The notes: generated from the sequence alone by a model not told the origin. A stretch of DNA of 64,000 nt from Cyanobacteria bacterium P01_D01_bin.156 (GCA_039024555.1 JBCCQQ010000028.1:1-64000); one strand, 5' to 3'; counted from the first letter of the stretch, positions 10,858-22,625 are shown. Made by a program: numbers and translations.

Positions 10858-11742
10858 TTGATCGGAATGATTAGCAGACCTGTGATAGATGAACTCAGAA
10901 CAGGGTTGGAGTTAGCGACTCAAGATGAATTAGCGTCCTTGGCTGAAGTTCTGTTTAGGCCCAAGTTTAATCCTTTGGATTACTGCTGTACGCCTTCACC
11001 ACAGGTGATACTGAGTTGCGATCGCACTCAGCGTATTCAACACATTGAGTCACGGGTGCGTTTTTTAGCCGCCGATGGCATTACTGTCCTGAAACAGGAC
11101 ACTCAGCAGCTCAGCTATCGATGCATCTTGCTACAGCTAGCGCGACAGCTCAAGCTAAATCTTCCTAAGGAGCTCACCACCCTAGATTTAGAAGCAGAAA
11201 TTTTCTTACAATTCCTAGAAAAATCGTGGCAGCGATTGTCCCCCGACGAGCAGCGGCAAATGGAGCAACGCTTCACCAACGAGCTAGCTCAAGTGGAACA
11301 GTTTCAAGCGCTTTCGCCACAGCTCCAGCGCCATCCCATGGCATTAGTTCTAAAAGGCAGCAGTGCGATCGCCATTAACTCTGTGGTACGTCCTTGGCTA
11401 CTCAGGCAAATAGCCAAACAATTTGCTATTCAGTTAACCCAATATCAGGCCGCACAGCAGTCACTGCGAGGAACCCTTAGCTTAGGAGCCAAGCTCCAAG
11501 GACGCGCAGCTCTCACCCTAGCGTCACGGGGCATGGCTCTCAATGCCGCTCGCTATGGGGCCATGCGAAGTGTATTTGCCTGTTTAGGACCCGCTCTATG
11601 GGGCTGGTTCATGGTGGATTTAGGGTGGCGAACCATTGCCGCAAACTACACAAGGGTGATTCCAGTGGTACTGACCCTAGCCCAGATTCGCCTTACCCGC
11701 GATGCCAATTGTGGGTCAAAATTAAAGACAGCAGCGGCATAG
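10858..11742 (+). CDS. YaaW-family protein
   Basis: 'DELRTGLELATQDEL...LFRPKFNPLDY', 'RFLAADG', 'GPALWGWF..DLGWR.IAANY.RVIP'; true start may be GTG 10882. Confidence 0.8.
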   Translation: MIGMISRPVIDELRTGLELATQDELASLAEVLFRPKFNPLDYCCTPSPQVILSCDRTQRIQHIESRVRFLAADGITVLKQDTQQLSYRCILLQLARQLKLNLPKELTTLDLEAEIFLQFLEKSWQRLSPDEQRQMEQRFTNELAQVEQFQALSPQLQRHPMALVLKGSSAIAINSVVRPWLLRQIAKQFAIQLTQYQAAQQSLRGTLSLGAKLQGRAALTLASRGMALNAARYGAMRSVFACLGPALWGWFMVDLGWRTIAANYTRVIPVVLTLAQIRLTRDANCGSKLKTAAA

Positions 11743-11757
11743 CGTAACTCAACAGAG

Positions 11758-12219
11758 ATGACCAAAAGCGGCACCGAAGATAGTCCTAAAAATCACTATG
11801 AACTGCTGGGAGTAAAGCCAACGGCTTCTGCCCAGGAGATTCGTCGAGCCTATCGCGAACTTAGTAAGCTATATCACCCAGATACCACAACGCTATCGGA
11901 CGCGATCGCAACCCGCAAATTCCAAGCACTCAACGAAGCCTACGGTATCTTGAGCAACCCAGAACAGCGGCTCACCTACGATCACAAAATTGGCTATTCC
12001 CGGTTTTATGTCAGTCAAGCACCTAAAGATATGGATGGTGGCAAAACGCAGGCTTTTGAATCTCGCTATACCTATCTTGATCCCACAGAACGACCACTCT
12101 CCGCAGGAGAAATCTTTGCCCTGTTCATTTTAGGTCTTACCTTTGCAGCTTGCCTTGCGCTCGTCTTTATTTTAGGTATTGCCGACAGTGACCTGACAGT
12201 ATCTTCCCTGTCTTCTTAG
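11758..12219 (+). CDS. J-domain (DnaJ-like) protein with C-terminal TM
   Basis: 'NHYELLGV...IRRAYRELSKLYHPD...FQALNEAYGILS...YD'. Confidence 0.9.
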   Translation: MTKSGTEDSPKNHYELLGVKPTASAQEIRRAYRELSKLYHPDTTTLSDAIATRKFQALNEAYGILSNPEQRLTYDHKIGYSRFYVSQAPKDMDGGKTQAFESRYTYLDPTERPLSAGEIFALFILGLTFAACLALVFILGIADSDLTVSSLSS

Positions 12220-12296
12220 GTGATCGACCTCATGGTAATAAGAACTCCAGAAACGACTTCCGCTGCGTAAACTCATCCCACATCTAACTTATCCCC

Positions 12297-12569
12297 ATGG
12301 CACTTCCTTCTGCAGATACTCCTCTTTACAACCACACCCTGCCAGACATTGAATTATGGCTAACTCAGCAGGGTGCCAAACAGAGCAGAGCTGAACTCAA
12401 TTATTGGGAAATCACTAAAGCTAGCTGGAAAGCAAACCTAGTCCTAGAAACTGATTCAATTATCGTGCGTTATTTGGAAGCAAGCGATACAGGCGAAGAT
12501 ATCCAACGCGGCTTTAAGTACTCCCTAAACCGCCAAGATTTAGAAGATGCTATTTTTGCAGGGCCTTAG
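12297..12569 (+). CDS. DUF3143 family protein
   Basis: 'LPSADTPLYNHTLPDIE.WL...FKYSLNRQDLEDAIFAGP'. Confidence 0.88.
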   Translation: MALPSADTPLYNHTLPDIELWLTQQGAKQSRAELNYWEITKASWKANLVLETDSIIVRYLEASDTGEDIQRGFKYSLNRQDLEDAIFAGP

Positions 12570-12700
12570 AAACCTGGCGTTACAGATAGTCGAGATAATG
12601 CTATCCGTCAAATCTAGACAACCAGTGAGTTCCACAAATCGTTCCAGTTCCAAAATCAGCAACGGCAAAAACTAAAGTTTTAGATTTTTTCATATTTAAG

Positions 12701-13117
12701 CTAGGAAAAATATTGATCACATCGGTCTGACTTACAGACACGATAGTCAGACTCATAGGTCGTAGCGCGGCGGCCGAACAGACGGTAGCGATTATCGCGC
12801 ACAAACGCATAGATGCGATCTCCACCGCGCTTGATACCTGGCAAACTGCGATAGGCCGCGACAAATAGCCCGCCCATTGGCAACAACGCACCAATTTCTT
12901 CTGCGGCATCACTTCCTTGCCAGCGAAGATCGGGATTAGCCTCATCAATGAGCAACATACCTAGCTCACAGTCAGCAGCCGTTACGACAAACTGCTCTAA
13001 AGTCTGACTGTCTTGCATAGGGGCATACCGAAACCGTTGGCCTTGGTCAAACCATTCTAACCACTGCACCAAGGTGGTACACAGATTGCAATCACCGTCA
13101 TAAATCACATAGTGCAT
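12701..13117 (-). CDS. DCC1-like thiol-disulfide oxidoreductase (DUF393)
   Basis: N-terminal 'YDGDCNLC' (DxxCxxC), C-terminal 'RDNRYRLFG'. Confidence 0.9.
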   Translation of the reverse strand: MHYVIYDGDCNLCTTLVQWLEWFDQGQRFRYAPMQDSQTLEQFVVTAADCELGMLLIDEANPDLRWQGSDAAEEIGALLPMGGLFVAAYRSLPGIKRGGDRIYAFVRDNRYRLFGRRATTYESDYRVCKSDRCDQYFS

Positions 13118-13410
13118 ATCAAATCAACAGGTACAAATAACAAATAGCTGGGCTCTACCGTGCAGGGGTCCAGCGTAGAAGATTATTGATATTTTAGAGA
13201 AAACCGAGAGATGAATTGATTTTTCTAATGGATCAACCAAGGTTCAAGCCTATGTCCTGGCAGAAGATGCACCATCATCACATTTCTCAAACAGTCATTT
13301 CATAAGGCTTTAATAGCCCCTTAATGTATCCTCCAACACATTAAGAAGGTTTCCAAAGGTACAAAAACACTGAGAAAAGCATGTTAGCTTAAACGCATTT
13401 TCAAAATTCT

Positions 13411-13429
13411 CTTAACCTAGTCTTTACCT
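13411..13429 (+). promoter_or_regulatory. Pho box (SphR/PhoB binding site) upstream of pstS
   Basis: CTTAACCT-agt-CTTTACCT, 11-bp period, matching the cyanobacterial PyTTAAPyPy(T/A) repeat, about 70 bp before pstS. Confidence 0.75.
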
Positions 13430-13496
13430 TAGCTCGGTAGTTTTCACCAAGAATGTCTGTAGGCATATTTTGGTGAGGAGTTAAGTCTAAGCAATC

Positions 13497-14525
13497 ATGG
13501 AATTTAAAGCACGGAAAATGCGCTACGCATACTCAGCAACTTTGCTGGCTCTATTGACTAGTCTAGCTGCCTGCGCCGGTGGCACTACAACTGATACCGC
13601 TGACGCACCTGCTGATGGTGGTACTGAAGTTGCGGCTGCTGGCGGTGTATCTGGTGATGTTCTAATTGACGGTTCTAGTACTGTATTTCCCATTGCTGAA
13701 GCAATGAGTGAAGAATTCAGTTTGGCTAATCCCGATGTCAACGTGACTGTGGGTGTTTCTGGTTCCGGTGGCGGCTTCAAGAAGTTCTGCGCTGGTGAGA
13801 CCGATATTTCCAATGCTTCTCGCCCTATTAAGGAAGAAGAAGTTGCTTCATGTGAAGAAGCTGGTATCGAGTTCGTCGAAGTGCCTGTCGCTTTTGATGG
13901 TCTCACCATTGTTACCAATCCGGCTAACGATTGGGCTCAGTGTCTGACTACTGATCAGCTGAACACAATGTGGGCTCCTGACTCTGAAGGTCAAGTAGCT
14001 AACTGGAATCAGGTAGATGCTTCCTTCCCTGATCAGGCACTAGGTCTATATGGTCCTGGTACTGACTCTGGTACCTTCGACTACTTCACCGACGAAGTCA
14101 ACGGCGAAGAGGGTGCAAGCCGTGGTGACTACACCGCTAGTGAAGATGACAACGTCATCGTGCAGGGTGTATCAGGTGATGAAGGTGCTCTAGGTTACTT
14201 TGGTTACGCCTACTTTGAAGAGAACTCTGATTCTCTGCAGGCCGTTGCGATTCAAAACGATGCAGGTGAGTGTGTAGCTCCTTCCACCGAAACTATCGCA
14301 GATGGTTCTTACAACCCCATGTCTCGTCCTCTGTTCTTCTACGTGAAGAAAGAGGCTTACGACACTAAGGAGCAGGTGAAGGGTTTTGTTGACTTCATGC
14401 TAGATCCTAAGAATGGTGTGCTGATTGGTGACGCAGGTTATGTTGCATTGCCGGACGACATTCTTGCCAACTCCAAAGCTCGCATCGACGAAGGTAAACT
14501 AGGTACCGATCCTACTAACCTGTAG
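13497..14525 (+). CDS. pstS: Phosphate ABC transporter substrate-binding lipoprotein
   Basis: Lipobox 'LAAC', 'IDGSSTVFP', '[10 protein letters not shown]', '[10 protein letters not shown]', 'SRPLFFYV'. Confidence 0.95.
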   Translation: MEFKARKMRYAYSATLLALLTSLAACAGGTTTDTADAPADGGTEVAAAGGVSGDVLIDGSSTVFPIAEAMSEEFSLANPDVNVTVGVSGSGGGFKKFCAGETDISNASRPIKEEEVASCEEAGIEFVEVPVAFDGLTIVTNPANDWAQCLTTDQLNTMWAPDSEGQVANWNQVDASFPDQALGLYGPGTDSGTFDYFTDEVNGEEGASRGDYTASEDDNVIVQGVSGDEGALGYFGYAYFEENSDSLQAVAIQNDAGECVAPSTETIADGSYNPMSRPLFFYVKKEAYDTKEQVKGFVDFMLDPKNGVLIGDAGYVALPDDILANSKARIDEGKLGTDPTNL

Positions 14526-14573
14526 ATTTTGCACTGAGTGAAATCTTCTTCTAACTCTCTTGATTGAGATACA

Positions 14574-14607
14574 AGAACTGGAGGGATCATTCAATCCCTT
14601 CAGTTCT
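14574..14607 (+). terminator. Intercistronic stem-loop after pstS
   Basis: agaactggagggat / atcccttcagttct hairpin followed by a T-rich tract. Confidence 0.65.
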
Positions 14608-14857
14608 CTTTAAAGAGTTTTCCCATTAGTGGGACATTGCAAAAAAGGCTTTAGCTTTGTTTGAGCATTGATAGCTCTATTCACTTCATAGAGATGTTAA
14701 AGCCTACTTAATATTGGATGTATTTAATACTTAAGCTACGTTCAACACTGTTTTTCAAAGCAGTCGAGTTTAGACTATATGCTTTGAAAAATTAGAAACT
14801 CTGAAGGTTCCTAATTGTTTTACGTAGTTGGCCCAACCTGCGCTGAGGACTTTGTGC

Positions 14858-15841
14858 ATGACAGCTGAGCTTCCCATAAGAGATATTGCCCCAGGTGCCT
14901 GGAGACCAAACCGTAGCCGTTCTCAGAATATTGAGCTGCTCGTTAAGATTATCTGCGGCTCATTTGCTGCGATCTCGATCTTTACCACTATCGGTATCAT
15001 CGGAACGCTGATCTTTGAAACGTTTTCGTTTTTTGGCGACTTACCCACTGAGCTTTCCAAAGATGGCGAGAATGTTTCCTATGTCCAGGGTGTTATCCAT
15101 TTCCTCACCGCTGGCCGTTGGACCCCTCTATTTGCCAGTAAACAGTTTGGGATTTTTGTTTTGATCAGTGCCACGCTGATGATTACCTTTATTTCGATTT
15201 TAGTGGCATTGCCCCTGGGTCTACTGGCAGCGATTTGTTTGAGTGAGTACGCCAGCCCAAGGTTCCGCAAGGTTCTCAAGCCTGTACTAGAAATACTAGC
15301 AGGCGTGCCTACCGTGGTTTATGGCTACTTTGCACTGTTAACAGTGACACCATTCCTACAGTTATTTTTGCCACCTGTAGAGGGTTTTAATTCCCTCAGT
15401 GCGGGCATTGTTCTTGGAATTATGATTACGCCGATGGTGGCTTCGCTGAGTGAAGATGCTATCTACTCGGTACCCCAATCTCTACGAGATGGATCTTATG
15501 CATTGGGGGCAACCAGACGTGAAACAGTCTCAGCAGTTGTTTTACCGGCAGCACTTTCAGGGATTGTGTCGTCTTTGATTTTAGCCATGTCACGAGCTGT
15601 GGGTGAAACCATGATTGTGACCCTAGCAGCCGGTGCTAACCCCACACTGGGCTTTAATCCATTTGTGCCTGTGATGACGATGACGGCCTACATTGTGCAG
15701 GTCACTAAGGGAGATGCGCCTCACGGAACCATTGCCTATGAGACTCTGTATGCCGTAGGTATGACACTGTTCTTAATCACATTAGCGCTCAACGTATTTA
15801 GCTTCTGGTTTGTGCGTCGTTTCCGTCAGAAATACGATTAG
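14858..15841 (+). CDS. pstC: Phosphate ABC transporter permease PstC
   Basis: 'KPVLEILAGVPTVVYGYF', 'SLSEDAIYSVP', 'SRAVGETMIV'; start taken at ATG 14858. Confidence 0.95.
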   Translation: MTAELPIRDIAPGAWRPNRSRSQNIELLVKIICGSFAAISIFTTIGIIGTLIFETFSFFGDLPTELSKDGENVSYVQGVIHFLTAGRWTPLFASKQFGIFVLISATLMITFISILVALPLGLLAAICLSEYASPRFRKVLKPVLEILAGVPTVVYGYFALLTVTPFLQLFLPPVEGFNSLSAGIVLGIMITPMVASLSEDAIYSVPQSLRDGSYALGATRRETVSAVVLPAALSGIVSSLILAMSRAVGETMIVTLAAGANPTLGFNPFVPVMTMTAYIVQVTKGDAPHGTIAYETLYAVGMTLFLITLALNVFSFWFVRRFRQKYD

Positions 15842-15920
15842 GTCTTTTGCAGAGGCTTTTTAGCCTGCATCGATCGTTTAGCGAGTGATAGAGCAATTGA
15901 GCAAATAGGAAGATAAGGAT

Positions 15921-16832
15921 ATGACGGCTCAACCCGGAATTGATAGCAAGGACATATCAAGTAGCAACTTTAAACAAGATTTATCGGGTCGCTACAATCT
16001 AGACAAAATTTTTGCAGCAGCAGCATGGACCGCCACTTTTGTGGCTGTTTTGGTATTAGCGTGGCTGCTGCTGACGATTTTAGTAGATGGCGTAAGCACC
16101 CTAAATGGCAACTTTTTGACTGCTTTCCCATCTCGAAAAGCTGAGCGCGCAGGGATTAAGGCGGCTTTATATGGCACTTTATGGGTCATGGGTATTGTCG
16201 CTGCAACATCTTTCCCCGTAGGCGTAGGTGCAGCCATCTACCTAGAAGAGTTTGCCACCGACAACTGGTTTACCCGCTTGGTGGAAATCAACATTGGTAA
16301 TCTGGCAGGTGTGCCCTCCATTATTTACGGCTTATTAGGTCTAGCAGTTTTTGTACGAATTTTTGAGCCAATTACAGGCGGACGTAGTGTGCTGTCAGGT
16401 GGCCTCACTTTGTCATTGCTTATCTTGCCAGTGATTATCGTGGCCACACGAGAAGCTCTAAGAGCTGTTCCAAACAGCATGCGATTGGCAGGATTCGCGT
16501 TAGGTGCAAACAAGTGGCAGGTGGTTTGGCACCATGTGCTGCCCAGTGCGATGCCAGGTGTTTTAACAGGTGTGATTTTAGCCCTGTCTCGCGCCATTGG
16601 GGAAACTGCACCGCTACTTGCCATTGGTGCAGTAGCTTTTATTCGCTCCACCCCCGATAGCTTACAGAGCTCATTTACAGCAATGCCGATTCAAATCTAC
16701 AACTGGGTTGGGCGTCCACAAGAAGAGTTTCACCACATTGCAGCATCAGGAATTATCGTGCTGATGATTATGTTGCTGTTAATGAACACCATTGCAATTT
16801 ATTTCCGTAATCGTTTCCAGAAAACCCGGTAA
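15921..16832 (+). CDS. pstA: Phosphate ABC transporter permease PstA
   Basis: 'GAAIYLEEF', 'NLAGVPSIIYGLLG', 'SRAIGETAPL'. Confidence 0.95.
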   Translation: MTAQPGIDSKDISSSNFKQDLSGRYNLDKIFAAAAWTATFVAVLVLAWLLLTILVDGVSTLNGNFLTAFPSRKAERAGIKAALYGTLWVMGIVAATSFPVGVGAAIYLEEFATDNWFTRLVEINIGNLAGVPSIIYGLLGLAVFVRIFEPITGGRSVLSGGLTLSLLILPVIIVATREALRAVPNSMRLAGFALGANKWQVVWHHVLPSAMPGVLTGVILALSRAIGETAPLLAIGAVAFIRSTPDSLQSSFTAMPIQIYNWVGRPQEEFHHIAASGIIVLMIMLLLMNTIAIYFRNRFQKTR

Positions 16833-16931
16833 CGGCTGCACCGTTGTCGATATGCCTTCCACATTAGCAAGGGCATTGTCGTAGCCAATTTATTTGTTTA
16901 GATACTAAGCCGTAGCAGGAAAACTAGAACT

Positions 16932-17729
16932 ATGCAAGACACACGTCCTAAAACCATGATTGATATGTCCCTTAAAGCCGAAAAAATTTCGGTTTATTAC
17001 GGCTCTACCTTAGCCGTTAAAGACGTTTTTCTGGATATTCCCCGCAATCAAATTGTTGCTTTTATTGGTCCGTCTGGATGTGGTAAGAGTACTGTTCTGC
17101 GATGTTTCAACCGCATGAATGACTTGATTCCAAGCGCACGTGTGGAAGGGAACATTCTGTTTGATGGAGAAGATATCAAACAGTTTGATCCTGTTGAACT
17201 GCGTCGCCGTGTGGGTATGGTGTTTCAAAAGCCCAACCCTTTCCCCAAGTCTATCTATGAAAACATTGCTTTTGGTGCCCGCATCAACGGCTACCAGGGG
17301 GATATGGACGAGCTAGTAGAGCGCTCTTTAAAGGGAGCTGCCCTATGGGATGAAGTCAAGGACAAGCTCAAGGAAAGTGGCTTAGGTCTATCCGGCGGTC
17401 AGCAGCAGCGTCTATGTATTGCTCGTGCGATCGCAATTGAGCCTGAAGTCATTCTGATGGATGAGCCCTGTTCCGCATTAGACCCCATTTCCACCCTAAA
17501 AGTGGAAGAACTCATGCACGACCTCAAGACTCGCTACACCATCGTTATTGTCACCCACAACATGCAGCAGGCATCCCGAGTGTCTGACAAAACTGCATTC
17601 TTTAATGCCCAAGCAACTGAAGCCGGTGGCAAAATGGGCTACTTAGTAGAGTATGACAGTACTCAAGTTATCTTCAGCAACCCTCGCGAAGAGTACACTC
17701 GCGATTATGTTTCTGGTCGCTTTGGTTAA
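16932..17729 (+). CDS. pstB: Phosphate ABC transporter ATP-binding protein
   Basis: Walker A 'GPSGCGKST', '[14 protein letters not shown]', '[12 protein letters not shown]', C-term 'YVSGRFG'. Confidence 0.97.
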   Translation: MQDTRPKTMIDMSLKAEKISVYYGSTLAVKDVFLDIPRNQIVAFIGPSGCGKSTVLRCFNRMNDLIPSARVEGNILFDGEDIKQFDPVELRRRVGMVFQKPNPFPKSIYENIAFGARINGYQGDMDELVERSLKGAALWDEVKDKLKESGLGLSGGQQQRLCIARAIAIEPEVILMDEPCSALDPISTLKVEELMHDLKTRYTIVIVTHNMQQASRVSDKTAFFNAQATEAGGKMGYLVEYDSTQVIFSNPREEYTRDYVSGRFG

Positions 17730-17757
17730 TTGATCTCTCCAATTCATATCTCCGTAG

Positions 17758-17786
17758 GGGCACCTCCAGTAGGTGCCCTGTTTTTT
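17758..17786 (+). terminator. Rho-independent terminator of the pst operon
   Basis: gggcacct-ccagt-aggtgccc followed by tgtttttt. Confidence 0.75.
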
Positions 17787-17848
17787 GAGGACATTGGTAT
17801 GTCGGTGCAGCAGCCCAAAATTTTTTAGTACAGGCACAAAGCGCTCCC

Positions 17849-19078
17849 CTACTGGAAAAACAATATCCCTGTCTGCAGCAAACCAATGGTAAAGCCTAGA
17901 ATTCCACCCAAGTTGACAATGGCTTGCAACTCATTACGTACAATCCCTTGAATCGCCATTTCCAGATTACGAGGAGACGTAGCATTAACACGCTCCATAA
18001 TCACTTGGTCAATGTCTAAAATCGGAATCGCTTTCGCAACAATTGACTCCAAGTCTTTTTCTAGATATCGCTCTAAAATCAGTGCCAGCTCTTGACTCAC
18101 CGTATCCAAAGAATCCATCACCACAGCTGAGGATTGCAAGCGCATCAGCAAGCGCTGAGCTAACTTATGCCAGTTTATAGAATTACTCAGCCCCTGCAGT
18201 AAAGGCACCCCATCCGTTTGCAAATACTTGCGAATGGCTTGACGCAGTGTATTGCGCAGTTGTTGAACAGTAGAAATAGGAAAATCCTGAAGAGAAAAAT
18301 TTTGCAACCATTCCTGAAAACGATTTTCTACCCGTAGTTCAGTAATAAGCTCAGAAATACGGTTATTACACTTAGTCGGTTCATCTAAACAGTAGGTACG
18401 CAACCGTGTGAGCGCATTACGCACACCAAAAAGATTAGCGACGACCCAGTATGTGCCACTGGTTTTCTCCCGCAGAGTTTCATCGATTACGGTGATATTT
18501 CGATCCGTAAGAAAATCAATAATCAGCTGTCGTATCCGATCGGGCGGTAAAATCCCCTGTCTCACCCATTGAGCAACTTGTTTAGCCTGGGCTTCGTTTA
18601 AACGAAATTCTAACAATACCTGATCAAACACCTGATCAAGTTGCTCTGCCAAAAAATTTTCATCCCTTGCCCATACCCGCAACATTTTAGGCAGAGACTG
18701 GCCCAACATATCTTGAAGAATATCACCGAGAATATGAGCTGTTTTTTCTTGATTAGAAGATTGGGTTTGGGTTAATGCCAGATCTAACAACCAGCGAATC
18801 GCCGCTTCAGTACGTTCAGTCTTCAACAATCTCTTGGCTAGACGTTGCAATTCTTCCGGCGTCAGGAGGGAGCCCATAATAGTATCGGCGATACGTTTGG
18901 CCAAGCGGTTTTGATTACTCGGAATCAATCCTGGCGTAAACGGCAACTGTTGTCCAAAAATGAAAAAAGGCCGATAGGGACGAAACAACATTTTGATAGC
19001 TAAATCATTGGTGAAATAGCCGATAATGCCGCCTGCCACTGGTGGCACAGCCAATAAAACAGGGGAGAGATTACTCAT
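17849..19078 (-). CDS. DUF445 family membrane-anchored protein
   Basis: '[20 protein letters not shown]', 'TPGLIP', C-term '[17 protein letters not shown]'. Confidence 0.9.
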   Translation of the reverse strand: MSNLSPVLLAVPPVAGGIIGYFTNDLAIKMLFRPYRPFFIFGQQLPFTPGLIPSNQNRLAKRIADTIMGSLLTPEELQRLAKRLLKTERTEAAIRWLLDLALTQTQSSNQEKTAHILGDILQDMLGQSLPKMLRVWARDENFLAEQLDQVFDQVLLEFRLNEAQAKQVAQWVRQGILPPDRIRQLIIDFLTDRNITVIDETLREKTSGTYWVVANLFGVRNALTRLRTYCLDEPTKCNNRISELITELRVENRFQEWLQNFSLQDFPISTVQQLRNTLRQAIRKYLQTDGVPLLQGLSNSINWHKLAQRLLMRLQSSAVVMDSLDTVSQELALILERYLEKDLESIVAKAIPILDIDQVIMERVNATSPRNLEMAIQGIVRNELQAIVNLGGILGFTIGLLQTGILFFQ

Positions 19079-19782
19079 TTTTGCGCGACTAGTACCCCCA
19101 TCATCCCACCGAGGAGAGGATAATGCACAACATCGTTAAAGCCAGCTGTATGGGCTAAAGCAACTTGTTCACTGCCCACAGGAAAACGATCCACACTGGG
19201 ACTAATATAGGCATACTCTTCTGTGAGACCACATCGATTGGCCGCAGGTACGACCACGGTATCGAGATACCATTGCTGGAACTGCTTCACCCATTCAGAC
19301 TTGGGGCGATGAAAATCTAAAACCGCAGCTTTTGCCCCCGGCTTTAAAACTCGGTACAGTTCCTGCAAACCTTGAGGAATATCTACGAGGTTCCGTAGTC
19401 CGTACCCCATGGTCAGTGCATCATATTGATTCGACTCAAATGGCAAGTTGAGGGCATCTGCTTCGATCCATTGGGTGGAATGGCTGACTCCTTTATCAGC
19501 GGCACGTTGAGCTGCGATCGCCAGCTGCCCAATGGCAAAATCTGCCCCTGTCACTTTGCCCTCCGAACCAACGCGGCGAGCCAGCAACAACGCCAAATCA
19601 CCGCTGCCACAGCATACATCCAACACATTCAGACCTGATTGTGCGCCGCTCCAGTCAACAGTCATTTGCTTCCAAATCGTATGTAAACCGAAGCTCAACG
19701 ACTGATTCAGATCGTCATAGACTGGAGCAATCCGATCAAATAAATCGCGAATATAATTAGCGTCGGGCGTGGCCTGAGCCAT
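19075..19782 (-). CDS. menG: Demethylphylloquinol/demethylmenaquinone methyltransferase (UbiE/MenG family)
   Basis: '[21 protein letters not shown]', SAM motif 'LDVCCGSGD', 'MGYGLRN'. Confidence 0.9.
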   Translation of the reverse strand: MAQATPDANYIRDLFDRIAPVYDDLNQSLSFGLHTIWKQMTVDWSGAQSGLNVLDVCCGSGDLALLLARRVGSEGKVTGADFAIGQLAIAAQRAADKGVSHSTQWIEADALNLPFESNQYDALTMGYGLRNLVDIPQGLQELYRVLKPGAKAAVLDFHRPKSEWVKQFQQWYLDTVVVPAANRCGLTEEYAYISPSVDRFPVGSEQVALAHTAGFNDVVHYPLLGGMMGVLVAQK

Positions 19783-19882
19783 CAAGCAAGTTCACCTATA
19801 CAGAAATCGTGGAATAGCCCCATAGCAAGCTGAGACCATTCATCATCATACTCCTGCTAGGAGAAGGTCAAGCTGAGATTTG

Positions 19883-19921
19883 TGAAGAACGCAACGAATA
19901 TTTTGAAGAACGCAACGAATA
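19883..19921. repeat. 18-bp direct repeat, 21-bp period
   Basis: tgaagaacgcaacgaata at 19883-19900 and 19904-19921. Confidence 0.9.
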
Positions 19922-19984
19922 GTAACCGGTACTTTTCGCCGTGAAACGAATCGTAAAACCTTTCAAATAGAATGTCTCATTCTG

Positions 19985-20905
19985 CTAACGGCCATAGGCA
20001 CTTAACGCAATAATAGAAATCGCCAACTGTTGAGTCGCAAGATTGAGCATTTTGCTGACATCATCTAAACTGCGATAAGTTTGCTTCCAATGGAGCGACA
20101 CAATTGCCAGCAAACGAGTTTGAAACATGACCGGTGCCACTAAATGAGACTGAGTCGCTGTTGCCACATAAAGAGCATCAGCAATTGAGTCCTCCTGATT
20201 AGCCAACACATTTGGATTGGCCTGCATGGTCAGAGACTCAATTGCCCCTTTTACCAGCCGATTACTCTCTAAACTATGGCCGTGTAACTCTCCAGCCACC
20301 GCCAGATAATCCAACTGATCTAGACACTTAATAGCGCAAACTTGAGTCGACAGAGTCTTGCCCCAACCCTCTGCAATGTATTGCAGAGCATCTTGCCCCC
20401 TCAAATCCATACTCCCAAGTTGGGCCACGCGCTCCATGAGCTTTCCTTGCCAATCTGCAATGGACAGTGCGTGGTAGTTCTGCTTGATCTCTTTATAGGT
20501 ATCAGCTGCTTGATCCACTAATTGCTTGAGCATTTCTGGCTCCCACGGCTTAGTGATATAGCGATAGACCTGGCCATTATTAATGGCTTGAACTAAATCC
20601 TCAACATCAGTAAACCCGGTCAGAATAATACGTACCGTATCTGGAAAGTCAGGCACTGTTTTACTCAGAAACTCAGTACCGTTCATCTCCGGCATCCGCT
20701 GATCAGAAATGATGACGGCCACTTCACCATTATTTTCTAAAACCTCTAGGGCTTGCTTACCACTTTCTGCACGCAGTACCTGGTATTCCCGACGAAATGT
20801 CCGGTACAGCAAATCTAAATTGTCAGGTTCATCATCAACAACCAACAGGCGAGGTTTTTGCTTAGTCAAGACCGGAGTTGTATTTAAAGGACTAAGAATA
20901 GTCAT
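19985..20905 (-). CDS. Response regulator (receiver domain plus GAF-like C-terminal domain)
   Basis: 'LLVVDDEPDN', 'IISDQRMP', 'ILTG', 'YITKPW'; C-term 'SHLVAPV...LLAIVSLH' GAF-like. Confidence 0.88.
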   Translation of the reverse strand: MTILSPLNTTPVLTKQKPRLLVVDDEPDNLDLLYRTFRREYQVLRAESGKQALEVLENNGEVAVIISDQRMPEMNGTEFLSKTVPDFPDTVRIILTGFTDVEDLVQAINNGQVYRYITKPWEPEMLKQLVDQAADTYKEIKQNYHALSIADWQGKLMERVAQLGSMDLRGQDALQYIAEGWGKTLSTQVCAIKCLDQLDYLAVAGELHGHSLESNRLVKGAIESLTMQANPNVLANQEDSIADALYVATATQSHLVAPVMFQTRLLAIVSLHWKQTYRSLDDVSKMLNLATQQLAISIIALSAYGR

Positions 20906-21224
20906 AGAGATTTGCAGGAATACACAGCAATAAATGCTAGAACTTGATGTTCATAGTTCACGTCATAGGGAAGTACCAAAGGATTCAAACATCTCGAGCT
21001 ATTTAACTTGAAATCAGCTAGATGCACTCAAAAAATACAATGGCTAGCTCAGATCACAATCATATGTCAGCCCTAAGAACGTGCTCAAGCGTTGCTATTA
21101 GTAAGCCCAGGTCAGAAGACAATTAACACGACAGGGGAAAGCTCGGCTCACTTTAATGCAATTCAAAGGGCATGATGATAATGGAGCTAGATACAATACA
21201 AGCGCCATCTATAAACGCCTAACA

Positions 21225-21584
21225 ATGTTACAAGCACTGCTTCATGCCGCTATCAATGTTTCAGATTTAGCGGTAGCTGAACAATTTTATGGCGGCGTTC
21301 TAGGCCTCACTAAGGTAGAGCGAGTTCTATCATTTCCCGGTGCCTGGTACCAGTTAGGTCCTCTTCAACTACATCTGATCGAAGCTAAGGGGAACTATAG
21401 GCCTCCCAGCCCTGATGAAAAATGGGGACGTCGAGCGCACTTAGCATTTGCGATTGAGGACCTAACCACTACACAACAGCAGCTGAGCCAAGCAGACATT
21501 CCCATACAGCCGAGTTCATCCGGTCGGGCCGCTATCTTTATCCAGGACCCTGACGGTCACATCATTGAGTTAAGCCAACTGTGA
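21225..21584 (+). CDS. VOC family (glyoxalase/bleomycin resistance) protein
   Basis: 'LLHAAINVSDL..AEQFYG', 'QLHLI', 'HLAF', 'FIQDPDGHIIEL'; start taken at ATG 21225. Confidence 0.9.
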   Translation: MLQALLHAAINVSDLAVAEQFYGGVLGLTKVERVLSFPGAWYQLGPLQLHLIEAKGNYRPPSPDEKWGRRAHLAFAIEDLTTTQQQLSQADIPIQPSSSGRAAIFIQDPDGHIIELSQL

Positions 21585-21653
21585 TCACTTAAGCAATCCT
21601 GTAAATAGAAATAAGAGCATTATCGTTGTGTTGTATTAGATCAGGAGGCAGCA

Positions 21654-22625
21654 GTGAAAATTCTGATTTTTAGCATATGCTTTCTCATCACTAGCCTTAT
21701 TGCTATTGAGATAGCCCTGAGGTTGTTGTTTGGATTTGGTGACCCGCCGCTCTACGTAGCTGATGACACCATTGGCTACTTACTGGCTCCCAATCAGCGA
21801 GTACGGCGTTTTGGCAATCGCATTGTTATTAATCAATACTCTATGCGCTCCGATCAGGTTCAAACATCTCGACCTGTAGAGAAACTACGAGTGTTTGTCA
21901 TTGGTGACTCCATCATCAATGGCAACTGGTGGACTGATCAGACTGCAACATTATCGGCTCTATTGCAGCAACAGCTTATCCACAAACAACAACAACCGAT
22001 AGAAGTGCTCAATGCGTCTGCAAATTCTTGGGGGCCTCGTAACGAGCTGGCCTATTTGAAAAAGTTCGGCACCTTTGAATCTCAAATTGTCTTGCTTGTG
22101 ATTAATACGGACGATTTATTCGGCACTCAGCCCACTTCACTACAGGTGGGCAAAGATCGCAGCTATCCAGACAAAAAGCCAGCACTCGCCACCCTCGAAA
22201 TACTCAATCGATTTAGACAACAAGCACCTATTCCAGGACTCAAAGAGATTCAAAATGAAAAAGGCGATCGCATTGGCAAAAACTTGAGTGCAATCCAAGA
22301 GATTAAAGATCTAGTAGCAGCTCATAGTGGTCAACTGCTATTAGCCATGACACCGCTAAAACGTGAGGTTTTAGATACCCCCAGGGATTATGAAATTGTT
22401 GCACGCCAGCGTGTGGATCAATTTGTCAAAAAACAACAAATTCCATATCTAGACTTTCTAGCAACGTTTCAAACCCATGTCTCATCAGAAACACTCTACC
22501 GCGACCATATTCATCTGAGTCCCACAGGCAACAGTTTAGTCAGCCAAGCTCTGAACACTTTGATCCTGGAGAACTTACCACAATCCTTAGAGAAGGCAGC
22601 ATCAGCCACCACACCAGAGCAGTAA
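21654..22625 (+). CDS. SGNH/GDSL hydrolase family protein
   Basis: N-terminal TM, 'VIGDSI', 'NASANSWGP', 'DHIHLSPTGN' (DxxH). Confidence 0.85.
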   Translation: MKILIFSICFLITSLIAIEIALRLLFGFGDPPLYVADDTIGYLLAPNQRVRRFGNRIVINQYSMRSDQVQTSRPVEKLRVFVIGDSIINGNWWTDQTATLSALLQQQLIHKQQQPIEVLNASANSWGPRNELAYLKKFGTFESQIVLLVINTDDLFGTQPTSLQVGKDRSYPDKKPALATLEILNRFRQQAPIPGLKEIQNEKGDRIGKNLSAIQEIKDLVAAHSGQLLLAMTPLKREVLDTPRDYEIVARQRVDQFVKKQQIPYLDFLATFQTHVSSETLYRDHIHLSPTGNSLVSQALNTLILENLPQSLEKAASATTPEQ

